The translations under genes and the position numbers were made by a program. A stretch of DNA of 64,000 nt from Callorhinchus milii (taxonomy: Eukaryota), in contig NW_024704742.1 in the NCBI RefSeq assembly GCF_018977255.1, forward strand, positions 138,262,001 through 138,326,000, read 5' to 3'. The notes under the pieces are model-generated. The model was not told the origin of the DNA, ran no database searches, and worked only from the letters and a program-made list of their open reading frames with translations. Positions 51,112 through 64,000 of the stretch are shown here, piece after piece (within the stretch, counting starts at the first letter, position 1; the number at the start of each line of letters is the position of its first letter).

Positions 51112-52270
51112 TCATAGAATCATAGAATCATAGAACTATACAGCACAGAAGGAGGCCATTCGGCTCATTGTGTCTATGCCAGCTCTTTGAAAAGAACTTC
51201 CAAATCAACCCCACTCCCCCGCTCTCTCCACATAGCCCTGAACTCCCCCGCGCTCTCCCCATAGCCCTGCAAACTTGTCCTCCCCAAATAATTATCTGCT
51301 CTCTTAAAAGTTGTTATGGAATCGGCTTCCCTCAGCCTTTCAGGCAATGCATTCCAGATCCCAACAACTCGCTGAGTGTAAACATTTCTCCTCCCCTCCC
51401 CTCTGTTTCTTTTAACAACTATTTTAAACTGGTGCCCTCGGGTTAGCGACCCACCGCCAGTGGGAATAGTCTGTCCGGTTCACCCTATCGAATCCCCTCA
51501 TAATGTTGAAAACTTCTATTAAGTTTCCTCTTAACCCTCTCTGCTCCCAGGAGAATAATCCTTGTGTCTCCGGCCTCTCCTGATCACTGAAGGCCCTCAT
51601 TCCTGGTACCATTCTGGTCAATCTCCTTCGCAACCTCTCCAATGCCTTGACTTCCTTCCTAAAGTGTGGGGCCCAGAACTGAACCCAGTCTCTCGCTGAG
51701 GCCTAACCAGTGTTTTATATAAAGGTTCATCATGACTTCCTGACTTGTGTATTCTATGCCCTATTTATAAAGCCTCATGTCCCGGATGCTTTTTTAACAG
51801 CTGTATCTACCTGTCCGGCCACCTTCAAAGAGTTACTTATATGACCCCCAGGTCTCTCTGCTCCTTCACCCCCTTTAAGATTGTACCATCATATACCATT
51901 ATATTGCCTCTCCTCATTCTTCCTCACAAACTCCATCACTTCGCATTTCTCCTCTAAACTTCATCTGCCCCGTGTCGGCCCATGTTACCAGTCTGTCTAT
52001 GTCCATTCACAGTCTGCTACTGTCCTCCTCACTGTTCACTACTTTTCCAGCTTAGTATCATCTGCATACTTGGAAATGTCCAGGTCATTTATAGAGATCA
52101 AAAACAGCTGTGGTCCCAATATCAATCCCTGGGGACGCCACTGCACCTTCCCTCCAGTCAGAAAAACAACCGTTCACCACCACTCTCTGATTTCTGTCTC
52201 CCAGCCAATTCTGTATCCACTGCCACGGTCCCTTTAATACCATGGGCTTCTATTTTGCTTACAAGTCTAT
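51112..52270 (-). mobile_element. Degraded CR1 3' fragment
   Basis: (ATTCTATG)n tail at 51112-51135; LERLRRRLTRMVPGM and GLRGNLIEVFNIMRG motifs. Confidence 0.88.
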
Positions 52271-53105
52271 TTTGCTTTCAATGATGTTGGCACTTGGTAG
52301 TTCAGTCTGACTTAATCACCTATCCATTGGTTGACTCAGGCATACTTTCTTCTTACTGGTTGCCAAGGAAGAGAAAATGAGAGCAGGAGGCTCATCAGTA
52401 GGACCTGGAAGGCCAGACCAGTCACTGGGGCCGGGAATCCTCCCACTCAGCTCCTGTTAACCCTGCAGCCAAAGACCCTAACGTATAGGGTGGTCCTAGC
52501 TGGACAAGCAGCGGGAAAGTTTGCCAGACAGGGCTCTCAATGGCAAGCTATGTAGGTTTAGCTGGTTAGACTCCAGCAGTTACGCGAATGCACACTCTGA
52601 GTTCCCCAAACCTTGGCTCTGCATCTAAAACTCTGGAATAGGTCAGCAGGATGCATCCCTCTAAACAGTATTCATTCCATTCCAGACATAGAGAAATTTC
52701 CATGTTAGGTGATACACATAGGTGTAGCTCTCTGTCTTGAATTCTCTGAAGCATTATGGGTTTGCACATGCATCAAATTAAAGTGATTAACTGAATTCCA
52801 AGTAGTCTGTTCAGTGCCTTGGGACATTCTCCTGACATGAAAGGCGTTATACAAATATAGTTTGTAGATGTTTTCATGATCCACATGAGCCTCCACATCT
52901 CCTATTACTCTGTCCCCTTCCTCTATGAATCATATTTCTTCTTTTAAACATTGATGTATCAACCACAGCTTCGAGTGGTCCAGGCGCTTGCTGATTTGAA
53001 TCCCGGTCGAGGCTGAGTTTGCTGGCCTCAAATTGGCCCCAGCTTTGCTCCAGTAAAGAAGGGGAAAACCAGCCAGGGTTCCTGCTCCTGGACCCTCTAC
53101 TGGTT

Positions 53106-53468
53106 AATAATAATAATAATAATCCTTGCATTTGATATAGCGCCTCATCACGTCATTGAGACGTCTCAAAGAGCTTCACAGAATATATTGTAAAGTGGAT
53201 TAACTGTGTATTTTGTGGGCGAAATGCGGCAGCCAATTGGGCACAGCAGCGTCCCACACACAGTCGTGGATTGAGTGACCACATTTTAACATTTGTTGGA
53301 GGGATTATTACCCTCGGAAAGCGATTCGCCAATCGACTAACAACCGTGTTCCTACCTGGTTCTGGTAAACAGAGACGTGTGGAGTAAGGAAACTTCCCTG
53401 CCCGGGAATCAAATCCAAGTCCTCTCGCTTGTGAGGCGAGTGCCCTAACCACTGAGCTGCAGGACTCC
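53106..53468 (-). mobile_element. SINE, long subfamily
   Basis: Full reverse-complement copy. Confidence 0.92.
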
Positions 53469-54355
53469 ACTGGTCGTGTGCGTGAGTGTGGCAGTCGACT
53501 GTGGAGATGGTCAGACTTGGCTGTGGGGCCCTCTACAGTCAGTTGACCTGCTGACAGGCACAGCCAAGGCTCACACAAGTACAATGGGCACTTGGACAGG
53601 GTATCAGAGGGTAACCGGCACCCCTGGACCTGCCTCCAGCACGAGGTGGCCAGATGGGTTTACACAGAGAGGAGGAGGTCAGTGGGAGAAAATTAGAGAA
53701 AAAAGTATAAGACGTTTGTACAATGCCTTTCATTTCAGGATGATATCCCAAGGTGCTGCACAGTCAAGGATTTGGTCCTGAACTGGGAGTTGGGATCAGG
53801 TGGGGCGGAGGGCAGAGAGGGTAAGCTTAGGAGGGTGGTCAAAGGCACAGTCGAAGAGGAGGGTCTTGAGGTGGGCCTTGAAGGAGGCAAAGGAGGTGAA
53901 GGGACTGTGAGATGGAGTTCCAAAGGGTACAGAATTTTGTCGAAACATTTCACAATGTTTCGCAGTGACTGTATTTATAGGTGAATTGGCAGCCAATTTG
54001 CTTACAGCTATGTCCCACAAACAGCCATGAAGTGAAAGATGAATTGTTTTAGCCGAGGGATTGTGGCTAATAAACTGGTGGAATTGGCTCGGTGGGCTGA
54101 ATGGATTTCGTAGAATCATAGAAATGCAGAAGGAGGCCATTCGGCCCACCCAGCCTGCTCTGGCTCTCAGAGCAAACTGTCCATTTAATTACACTGCCCC
54201 CTCCTATCCTTGCAAACCTTTCTCTTTCTTCAATTCTTCTCCTGTTCCCATGTTACTATTGAAACAACGACAACAAATTTACATTTGTATAGCGTTATCA
54301 TGTCAGGAGGACCTGAAATAGTATAGGAGTATAGTATGCTCCTGTACTCTTAGAG

Positions 54356-54516
54356 CAGGGTGGTCCAATCGATTTCATCTGCACCATCCCCACTCCCTCC
54401 ATAATCTATAAAGGTTAGGTTTCTGGAAAGGAAACACAAAAATGTTTGCTTATGTGCCCTGTGGACATTTCTTAAATAGAGCATCCGGCCCTCGGCAAAA
54501 GGTTGGACACACCCTG
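54356..54516. mobile_element. hAT (Charlie-like) MITE, 161 bp
   Basis: Terminal inverted repeats CAGGGTGGTCCAA / TTGGACACACCCTG and a perfect 8-bp TSD TCTTAGAG (54348-54355, 54517-54524). Confidence 0.9.
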
Positions 54517-56609
54517 TCTTAGAGGATCTAAACCACAGAGCTTCAAAACCATCTGCCCTTTGTGAGGTGAATGAACAGTGCACTATGTTTCCTCTCAGCT
54601 TTATATGAAATATGTTTTCAAATTGCTTCCGGAAATTGGGGAATACAAAGCTTGCCAAAATCTCCTCTAGCTCGGCTAGTTTCCCTTCTGCCATGGCTTT
54701 GACCACTTCAAAATAGGAAAACGTAATGAGAGTTGGGCAGGAAGATCCCTTTGCTGTGCCATTTATTTGTGCTTTGTTCTCTGCTGATGATGCATTTGAA
54801 CAAATTGCCATTAATGCATTTAGGAGTCCTGGAGCACATTGATTAGCGCACTCGCCTCGCAAGCAAGAGGACCTGGATTTGATTCCTGTGAATATCCTGT
54901 GAAGCGCGTTGAGCCATCTCAAAGACGTGATAAGGCGCTATATCAAATGCAAGGATTATTATTATTATTGCAGTGATAGGTTATGTTCCTAGTTCAGGTT
55001 GACACACCAGTGCGGTACTTGGGAACGTTGTATTGTCAGAGATGATATCTTTCGAGGTCCTGCCTATGTCTGTTTAGGTGGATGTTCAAGATCCTGTAGC
55101 TTAGCACTTGCCTCGCAAGCAAGAGACTGGGTTCGATTCCCGGGCAGGGCGAAACATTAAGCAAACTTCCTTATTCCAAACGCCTGTTTACCCAGCAGTA
55201 AGTAGGAACCCGGTTGTTAGTCGGTTGGTGGATCAATTTTCTGGGAGTAATAATTCCTTTAAAATAAACATGATTTGGTCACTCAATCCACGACTGTTTG
55301 TGGGACACTGCTGTGCGCAATTGGCTGCTGCGTTTCGCCCACAATATACAGTCAATTCACTTTACAGTACATTCTGTGAAGTGCTTTGAGACGTCTCGAA
55401 GACGTAATAAGGAGGCTAAATCAAGGGCAAGGATTATTATTATTATCAATTACAACCCTGGGTTTTTCTAAACTGCCTTGGTTGCCAGTGTAACCTCATC
55501 AAGGTTTGGAGACAGCCTCCTGTTCTGATATTCCAATGCAGAAAAACTGGATGTAATAATAATGGGATGTGTGCGGGTATCAGCCTTGGAGCCAATAGCA
55601 GACCGTGGTTTAGGAGCATTATTGTTTTCCTTTACCGCACTGCTGAGTCCTGACCACTTCTAGGCTGTTAATGGACTGTAATGGATTTTAAATCCCTAAT
55701 TTTGAACAGGTTCAACTGATGAATAAAACCACTTTTGCCACAACCTTCTACGCAGTTGTCACTTCAGTTAATGTATCCGGCTCAGCCTGGCTTGGACTCG
55801 CAGTCAGTTGTGTGAAGAAGTGTTTTGAGACATCCTATTGACGTGAATATAATAATAGTGATAATAATCCTTGCATTTGATATCGGCCTTATCAGGTCTT
55901 CGAGACGTCTCAATACACTGTAAAGAGAATTGACTGTATATTATAGGTGAAACGCGGAGGCAATTTCGTATGGCAGTGTCCCACAAACAGTCGTGGATTG
56001 AGTGACCAAATTATTATTAGCCGTGGAAAGCGGTCCACCAAACGACTAACAAAACAAAACAAAATATACAGTCAATTCAGTTTACAGTCTATTCTGTGAA
56101 GCGTTTTGAGACGTCTCGAAGATGTGATAAGGCACTATATCAAATGCAAGGATTATTATTATCATAACTTACTGCTAGGTAAACAGAGGCGTGTGGAGGA
56201 AGGAAACTTGCCTGAGGTTTCACACCCCACCAGGAATCGAACCCGGGTCCTCTGGTGTGCGAGGTGGGCACGCTAACCTCTGAGCTACAGGACTCCACTT
56301 GATGGGTTAAATGGCTGCCTTCTTTGCTATAATTTGAATGACTTGTAGAGATTTGCAGTGAGGATACGGCTCCCATGGACAGACATGTGCCATCAATAAG
56401 GGGAAGTGAATCCCAGGAGGGAACTGGCTAGACTATATCATGAACCATCTTACTGTAGGCAAGTAAAGGCAGTAATTCAACACCAAATAGCTTTTATATA
56501 ATGCCTTTTACGTCTTGAAGCACTTTACAAAAACGAAGAAGATGAGAGCATTGAAGAAAGACAAGAAGGGGAATGTGAGGGTGTTGAACAAAAACAGAGT
56601 GGACTCCTG

Positions 56610-57281
56610 TAATAATAATAATAATAATCCTTGCATTTGATATAGCGCTTTTCACGTCGGGAGGACGTCCCAAAGCGCTTCGCAGAACACACTGTAAAGT
56701 GAATTGACTGTATATTTGTGGGCGAACGCGGCAGCCAATTGCGCACAGCAATGTCCCACAAACAGTTGTAGATTGAAAATGACCAATTTATTATTGTTTT
56801 GTTTTGGAGGATTATTATTAGGCTCTGTGTGGAGTAAGGAAACTTGCCCAAGGTTTCGCCCTCTGCCTGGAATTGAACTCAGGTCTCTCACTTGCAGAGC
56901 GAGTGCTCTAACCACTGAGCTACAGGTCTCCAAAGTAGCTCAGTGGTTAGAGCACTCGCCTCGCAAGCGAGAGACCTGGGTTTGATTCCCGGCAAGGTGA
57001 AATGTTAACACGCCTCTATTTACCCTGCAGTAAGCAGGAACCCGGTTGTTAGTCGGTTGGCGGATTGCTTTCCTGGGTTTCATAATTCCTTAATACAATA
57101 ATAATAATAAATTGGTCACTCCAGTCCACGACTGTTTGTGGGACACTGCTGTCGCAATTGGCTGCTGCGTTTTGCCCACAAAATATAGTCAATCCCTTTA
57201 TAGTCTATTCTGTGATGCGCTTTGAGAGGTCTCGAAGATGTGATAAGGCGCTATATCAAATGCAAAGCTTATTATTATTAT
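56610..57281. mobile_element. Head-to-head SINE pair (short subfamily on minus 56610-56931; long subfamily on plus 56934-57281)
   Basis: Two tRNA heads abut in opposite orientation at about 56931. Confidence 0.92.
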
Positions 57282-60200
57282 AGTCAAAGAGGTTTTGAAG
57301 CCAGGGAGAGAAAGGGGAAGGTGGAGGGATTTTAGGGGATGGTTCTAGAGTGGCTGTAAGTTCTCACACTCGACTTTAAATTCCTTCATGCCCAGGTACT
57401 TCCCTACCTCTCCCACCTGCTTACTCTACTCCACTACACATCACCTCCGCTGAACTGGCTCCAACCTCCTGCTTGTCCCTCGTGCCCTCCATTCCACCAT
57501 CGGTGACCCTGCGTTCAGCTACTACACCCAAAACTCTGGAACACTCTCCCTCTATCCTCCGCCTTGTCCCCTCCTTCCCCATCTTCAGGTCCCCCTTGAA
57601 GACCTTCCTCTTTGACCGTGTTAAGTCACGATGACCCTGAAGGACTCTGTCTACTCTTATCAAAACCCCTCATTAAATTTGAACACCTCTATTAAATGTC
57701 CCTTCAACTTTCTTTGCTGTAAGGAGAACGATCCCAGCCTGTCTAGTCTTATCTGGCTAACTCTCAGAAGTCAGCCATTTTTTAACATGTGGAATGGTGG
57801 ACAGTCTGTGCACCAAAGCTCTCCGCCTTATAAGCAAACCCAGTTTGTACCAGGCACCCTTTAAGGGGATTGTACTTTATCCCAATATGACGTTAATCTA
57901 TTGAAGTCCATAATTGCTTGCAAAGAGACAGTAACATGAAGGAAAAGTATTAAATATTAAATGCTGCAGCTGTTTATTGCTTGGGCGACACAATGCTATG
58001 TGCCGTGTAGCATAATAGATGGTTGGAAATGAAATTAATTCAATTCAGTAGCAGAGTGAGATCAGAAACCACAAGAGTGAAGCTTTAGCTTGAGTGCTTT
58101 ATAATAATGGACCTTATGGACTGAACTGTCCCCATCCTCACTAGGCTCCACAGGCTCCCTCAACAACAACTAACGTCTACAAATTGCATTTACACAGCGC
58201 TTTCAATGTCAGGTCTCAAGCGGATCCACTTCAAGATCTTTGTCTTGGCCGTCAAAATCCCTTAATGGTCTCTACCCATAACGTGACTGCTCTAATTCTG
58301 GTCCACGGCTTTGTTCCTCATCCCCTCAGTCCCACCATGAATGTCCATCCTAGTTTTCAGCCACAATTCCCTTGTTCTCGGTTACTTGCTACCCCAAATT
58401 CCCTTTTCTTTTTGTCGTTTTTCACTGCCTTCAAAGCCCCCTTTAAAAGTGTAACTTTTGATTGTACATTTGGCCAACACACATATCTCTCTGTCCAATG
58501 ATCCCCACCATTCGTTTACAAAATACACAGTAACTACACTTTACAGTGAATCCCATGAGGCGCTTTGAGTCACCTTCCTGTTGTGCCAAAAAAAATCCTT
58601 AATTCTTACATTTGGTGGGTATATTGGACATGAAAAGTACTAAATCAAATGCAATATATTTACATTTAAAGCCTACATGTGTGCTCTGACCCGCTCAGTT
58701 TCCCCCACCTACATAAGAACATAAGAATTTGCTGGCGAAAGAAACAAAGGTCCATCTAGTTTGCCTTCCACCATTCTGGCAGTCGCTTGACATGTCATGT
58801 CCCAAACTATGCACTGCATCCCGAGATACTATTTTCTCAGACCGTGGTGTCTGGTTCTACTGTTCAGTACAAAATAAAACAGCTTATCATGATCAACATT
58901 ATCTATTAATCTTAAAGAGTGTAACCATATTGCATCTCAACCTTCTCTTCTCCAGTGTGAACATGCCCAGTTTATCTGATCGCTAACATAACATGGCCCG
59001 CCTACCCTATTATCCCGCTGAGACTTTGATCCACATATTCAGCCATCCAGGCTTGACTGCGCTAACTATCTGCTCACTGACTGATCAGCTCTTCCCTTCA
59101 CAAGCTGCAAACCACCCAGAACTTCGCACTGGGCTCCTCAAGCCTATCACCCCCATCCTCGTCAGCTTCACTAGCTCCCCATTCCACAGCGGATCAAGTT
59201 CCTTGTTTTAAATCCCTCTGTGGTCTTGTTCCACCCTACATCTGCAGCCTCCTCAAACCCTACATATCCAGCTATTCCTTCCACATAGGGGTGCTGGCTT
59301 GCTTAATGACCTCCTTCCCTGCCAGCCCCCCGGGGTCGAGCTTTCAGTGCATCTTCAGTTGAGGGATCTGTCCTGTGAGATGGCTCCCTGGTTTTTGTGA
59401 GTGGCGAGTGGTATCTGACACATGCGAAACCTATCACCATACTTAAGAATATCCAAACCAAGAATAAGATTTCCATGTATTCCACCTATAAGTGGAAATC
59501 CTAGAGATAGATTGTTGGAAAGGAATGCGCTCTCTCTCCCGGGAGGGACGTGTCCTGTTAGACTATTAGGCGAAGGTTGGCAAAAGCCAAGGCTTGGGGT
59601 GACCCCAGAGTGTGTGCTAGGATAACTGCTGGAGTTTAACCAGTTAAAGCAGCATAACTTGCCAGGAAGTAGTCACCCGGTTGTTAGTCAATTGGCGGAT
59701 CGCTTTCTGGGGGTAATAATCCCTTAAAAAATAATAATAATTTGGTCACTCAATCCACGATGTTTGTGGGTCACTGCGGTGGGCAGTTGCTGCCACATTT
59801 CGCCCATAAAATATACATTCCCTACACTTTACACTATATTCTGTGAAGCGCCTTGGGACGTCATCCTGACATAAACAGCGCTATAAAAATGTAATTTTGT
59901 ATTGTATTATAATTATACGGCAGCAAAGATCACTTCAGCAAAGGTCTTATAGAAATCTAATTCCTCAACATCAACTGCATTTTCATTGTCTACTTTCAAA
60001 GAATTCAGCAAGGTCGGTGAAGCATAACTTTCCTTTCATAAATCCAGGTTGACTGCTTTGAATTATACTCTCCTTGATCTGACAAGTTAATCTTTTACTT
60101 GGATTCCAGTACCTTGATGAACAAGGGATTAGAAGACTGGTTCTAAGCAAAATTCTCCTGCAATCCCGACGTTCGTAGTTACTCTTCTGAAGCTATGAAA

Positions 60201-61339
60201 TCCTTGACTGTCCAGCACCTTGGGACATCCTCCCATCGCGAGTGGCGCTATACAAATATAATTTGTTGTTATTGAAATTCTTTAATAATAATAATAATCC
60301 TTACATTTGATAGAGTGCCAGTTCCCTTCAAAAATAAATTTACAGCTCCACCTCAATCATGGTTTGTGACAGAGAATTGCACATTCCCCCCACACACTGT
60401 AACCTCGTCTATCATTCTTTTCGACATTATCTTAAGCGTGTACCCAGTGAAGATTGCATAGAGATTATGGAGAAATGGCAGTTCCCTTACACTTAGTGGC
60501 AGAGAAGGTTTCAAGGTTTTTTCTCCGTCCTTCCACCTTAGTTTTTTTAGTTTCTGATAGACAGCAGGGGTGAAGGTATCAAGTGGAATATAAAAATTGG
60601 TATGGATTAATTGGGTCAAATTGCCTGTTTTCAATGTCGTTTTATAGAATTCTGGGCACGTGTGGAATCCTGTAGAATAGTGGTTAGATCACTCGCTTCG
60701 CAAGTGAGAGGACCCAAGTTCGATTCCTGGGCAGGTTTAAACCTTAGGTAAGTTTGCTTACTCCACACGCCTCTGTTTCTCAAGCAGTATGTAGGAAATC
60801 GGTTGTTAGTCGATTGGCGGATCACTTTTCCGGGATAATAATCCCTTCAAAAAAAAAATTTAGTCACTCAATCCACGACTCTTTGTGTAACACTGTTGTG
60901 TTCACTTGGCTGCCACATTTCGCTCCCTCCCTTCCCTCCCCTCACCCTGACCATTTCCCCCTGACCCAACTGTCCAGCACCTTGGGACGTCCTCCCGACG
61001 TGAAATGCGCTCTATAAATGGAATCTTGTTGTTGTTGTTGTTTAGAGGGTTGTAATTTTATCAGGTCTGGGGTGATATTGGAAATTCGTGGCTTGAAAGT
61101 TGAGCAGTTTTTCTGGTTTGTTCAGCTACTTGTGAAATTGGACCTTTGCCATCCTTCCCACCTTATAATAATAAAATTCATGGATGATAGGTTTTGTGGT
61201 TGTTCGCTCACCTCTGATGCTATCTCATCTCATGCCCTTCGATACATTATGAGGCTATCACGAACAGATATGTGATGTCAATCTCTGTGATATTAGCAGC
61301 AAACCAATTAGCAACCAAGCGATTAGACATTGTGGCTAT

Positions 61340-62555
61340 CTCTGCCTCTGCCCACAGCACAGAGACAGCGCTTATCAAAGTCACAAACAATGTCCTATCT
61401 GTGACCAGGGCTCCCTCTGCCTTCTCGTCCTCCTGGATCTCTTTGCCACGTTCGACACAATCGACCTCAGCATCCTCCTCCACCAACTCTTCTCCCTCAT
61501 CCACCTTAGTTAGATCGCACTCGCATGGTTCGAATCCTACTTAATCAACGCCTCCACTTCATCTCGGCAAATGTTTTTTCCTCCCGCTCCTGACCCGTCA
61601 CCAGAGGGGTGCCCTAGGGCTCTCCACCCTTGGTCCTCTTCCAAAATCAACTTTGCCTCCTCCGCATCGACTCCAAGTCCACCGATGTTCTATTAACTTG
61701 TCTGACAGACACCAGGGCCTGGATGAGTGTAAATTTCCTGCAGTTGAATGTGGACAAGATGGAAGTCATATTCCTTGGCTTCTGTCAACATTTTCACTCC
61801 TGCGGATCTGAATTCCTCAACCGCCCTGGGCTCTCCCTCAGACTCACCGAACCAGTGCGCAATCTAGGCATCGGTTCAACCCCCAGCTGTCCTTCCTTCC
61901 CCACATTGTTCCCCGACCAGGACGGCATTCCTCCCTATCCGCCACATTGCTCATCTCTGTCCGTACCTTAACCCAAATGCAGCTGAAACCCTCATGCATG
62001 CGTTTGTCACCTCCCACCTGGATTACTCCCAACTCATTCCTCGCCGGTCTCCCCAGCTCCACCATTCACAAGATCAGTTCATTCAGACTCTGCCGCTCGT
62101 TTACTGACCTGGACCAAACTCCGTACCCACATCTCACCAGTTGTAGCCCTTGCTCCACTGGCTCCCAAACACCGGACGGATTGACTTCCAAGATCCTCAC
62201 ACTCGTGTTCAAATCCCTTCACTCTCTGGCACCTCCCTATCTCTCCGATATCCTCACTCCCCAATCCAGCATCTGGCGCCTCCACTCGACTGGCACCGGC
62301 TCCTGCTTATCCCTCGCACCTTCCGACCCACCATTAGAGGTTGCGCTTTCAGCCACTATGCCCTGAAACTCTGGAACACTCTCCCTCAATTCCTCCGCCT
62401 TGCCCTTCTCTTCCCGTTTCCAAGTCCCGCCTAAAAACCTTTCTTTTCAACTGTGTTTACGGTCACCTCCCCAGCTCGGAGTCAGGCTCTGCTACTGTTA
62501 AGCGCTCCGAGACTCTACCCTTTATGGAGGGCATTATATAAATGCAAGTTGTTGT
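61340..62555 (+). mobile_element. Old L2 fragment
   Basis: [34 protein letters not shown] motifs and an L2 tail. Confidence 0.88.
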
Positions 62556-62914
62556 TAACTGCCTTAAATGGGGTGCAGTGCAGCTTCGCAATAACACATT
62601 TCACTGTGGTGTGGATTTACTTATAACATGGTTACACTGTGGAACCCACTCCTTGTGTAAGAGCACAGCTTGCTGCCCACATGTCAGCTGTTTTTTTTGA
62701 GCTTGAAGGACTGAAGTTACCAGCTTACACAGCAAGGTCCCAGATACTGCAGGAAATGGATGATCAAATTATCATGTGATTAAGGCCAGGACATTGACCG
62801 GGAGAAATGTGCTCTTTTACAGGACCAGGAAGAGGCCATTCAGCCTCTCAAGCCTGTTCCACCATTCTATAAGATCACGGCTGATCTGTACCTCAACTCC
62901 AATTGCCCGCCTTT

Positions 62915-63468
62915 GCTTGTCGGCCTCCCCAACTCCTCCCTCCATAGGCTGCAGATCATCCAGAACTTTGCAGCCCATGTCCTCTCCCGCACCAGGCTCG
63001 GTGACCCCATCTCCTCCATCCTCGCCCGACTCCACTGGCTTCCCATCACACAGAGGATACAGTTCAAGAACCTTCAAAGCCCTCCATGGTCTTGCTCCCC
63101 ACGACCTCTCTGACCTCCTAACCCCCAACCATCCTGTTCGCTCCCTCCGCTCAGGGGGCTCCAGCCTGCTTCACGTTCCCCTCCTCGCTCACCCCACTAT
63201 CGGCGGGTTGGCCTTCCGTCACTCTGCCCCCACCCTCTGGAACTCCATCCCGCAGTTCATCCGTGTTACCCCCTCCCTCGCCACCTTCAAGACCCACTCA
63301 AGACCCTCCTCTTCGACTGTTCTTTCGATCTCCCTGTTTCCACCCCTGCTTTCCATCCTCCCTGACCCCGACCCCCAGCTCGGGTCTGTAACTCTTGTCT
63401 GTCCAGCACCTTGGGATGTCCTCCTGACGTGAAAGGCACTACAAATGTAATTTTGTTGTGGTTGTTGT
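62915..63468 (+). mobile_element. L2 3' fragment
   Basis: GLPNSSLHRLQIIQNFAAHVLSRTRL and LARLHWLPI motifs; terminal stem-loop and tail. Confidence 0.9.
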
Positions 63469-63511
63469 CGTTTGCCCCATAATCCCTTGATCCTCTGACC
63501 TAACAAACATC

Positions 63512-63816
63512 GGAGTCCTGTAGCTCAGTGGTTAGAGCACTCGCTTTGCAAGTGAGAGACCTGAGTTCAATTCCAGGCAGAGGGCGAAACCTTGGGCAAG
63601 TTTCCTTACTCCACACAGAGCCTAATAATAATCCCTCCAAAACCCAAAACAATAATAAATTGGTCATTTTCAATCTACGACTGTTTGTGGGACATTGCTG
63701 TGCGCAATTGGCTGCCGCGTTCGCCCACAAATATACAGTCAATTCACTTTACAGTATATTCTGTGAAGCGCTTTGGAACGTCCTCTTCTACATTGGATTA
63801 TTATTATTATTATTAT
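63512..63816 (+). mobile_element. Young SINE, short subfamily, with altered 3' stem-loop
   Basis: Head and body near-identical to 13512-13770; the 3' arm of the hairpin is replaced. Confidence 0.92.
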
Positions 63817-64000
63817 CCACCTTAGTCTGGACAATGTGAATGGATACAGTCATAATCCACAGTCTTGTGGCGGAGAGAGAGAGAGAGAGACTTCCAGATT
63901 TCCACTACCTTTGGGTGAAAAATTGGCTCTGATTTCAGTCCAAAATGGCCTGGCTCTAATTTTAAGATGATGCCCCCACCCTGTTCTGGATTTCCTTGCC

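Noticed and set aside
54350..54922. 190-aa minus-strand ORF
   Set aside because: Spans a SINE fragment and the MITE; a chance open frame.
60353..60634. 93-aa ORF in unique sequence
   Set aside because: Non-ATG start, no homology recognised and no convincing splice sites.

Overview
This is repeat-saturated vertebrate DNA, most likely from a cartilaginous fish (inferred from tRNA-Ala/Deu-domain SINEs, L2 and CR1 LINEs, and a Penelope-type terminal repeat). No intact protein-coding gene was recognised; nearly all ORFs in the track are LINE fragments, SINE readings or simple-repeat artefacts. The standout region is 15.1-18.1 kb, the 3' end of an LTR retroelement: integrase C-terminus, splice acceptor plus an env-like leader, polypurine tract, and an LTR bounded by TGTAAA...TTTACA. 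That LTR contains an intronless WEE2/Wee1-family kinase cDNA fragment, closely followed by a 5'-truncated SINE, plus a nested solo LTR with a 4-bp target-site duplication (TSD). At 19.1-25.3 kb, a probable promoter/first exon with clustered CRE/XBP1-type motifs is embedded in about 6 kb of four different purine-rich satellites. Also present are a hAT MITE with a perfect 8-bp TSD, degenerate hammerhead-ribozyme motifs, and covarying SINE/L2 3' stem-loops. Repeat boundaries are approximate unless TSDs or termini are quoted, and only representative SINE/LINE copies are listed.
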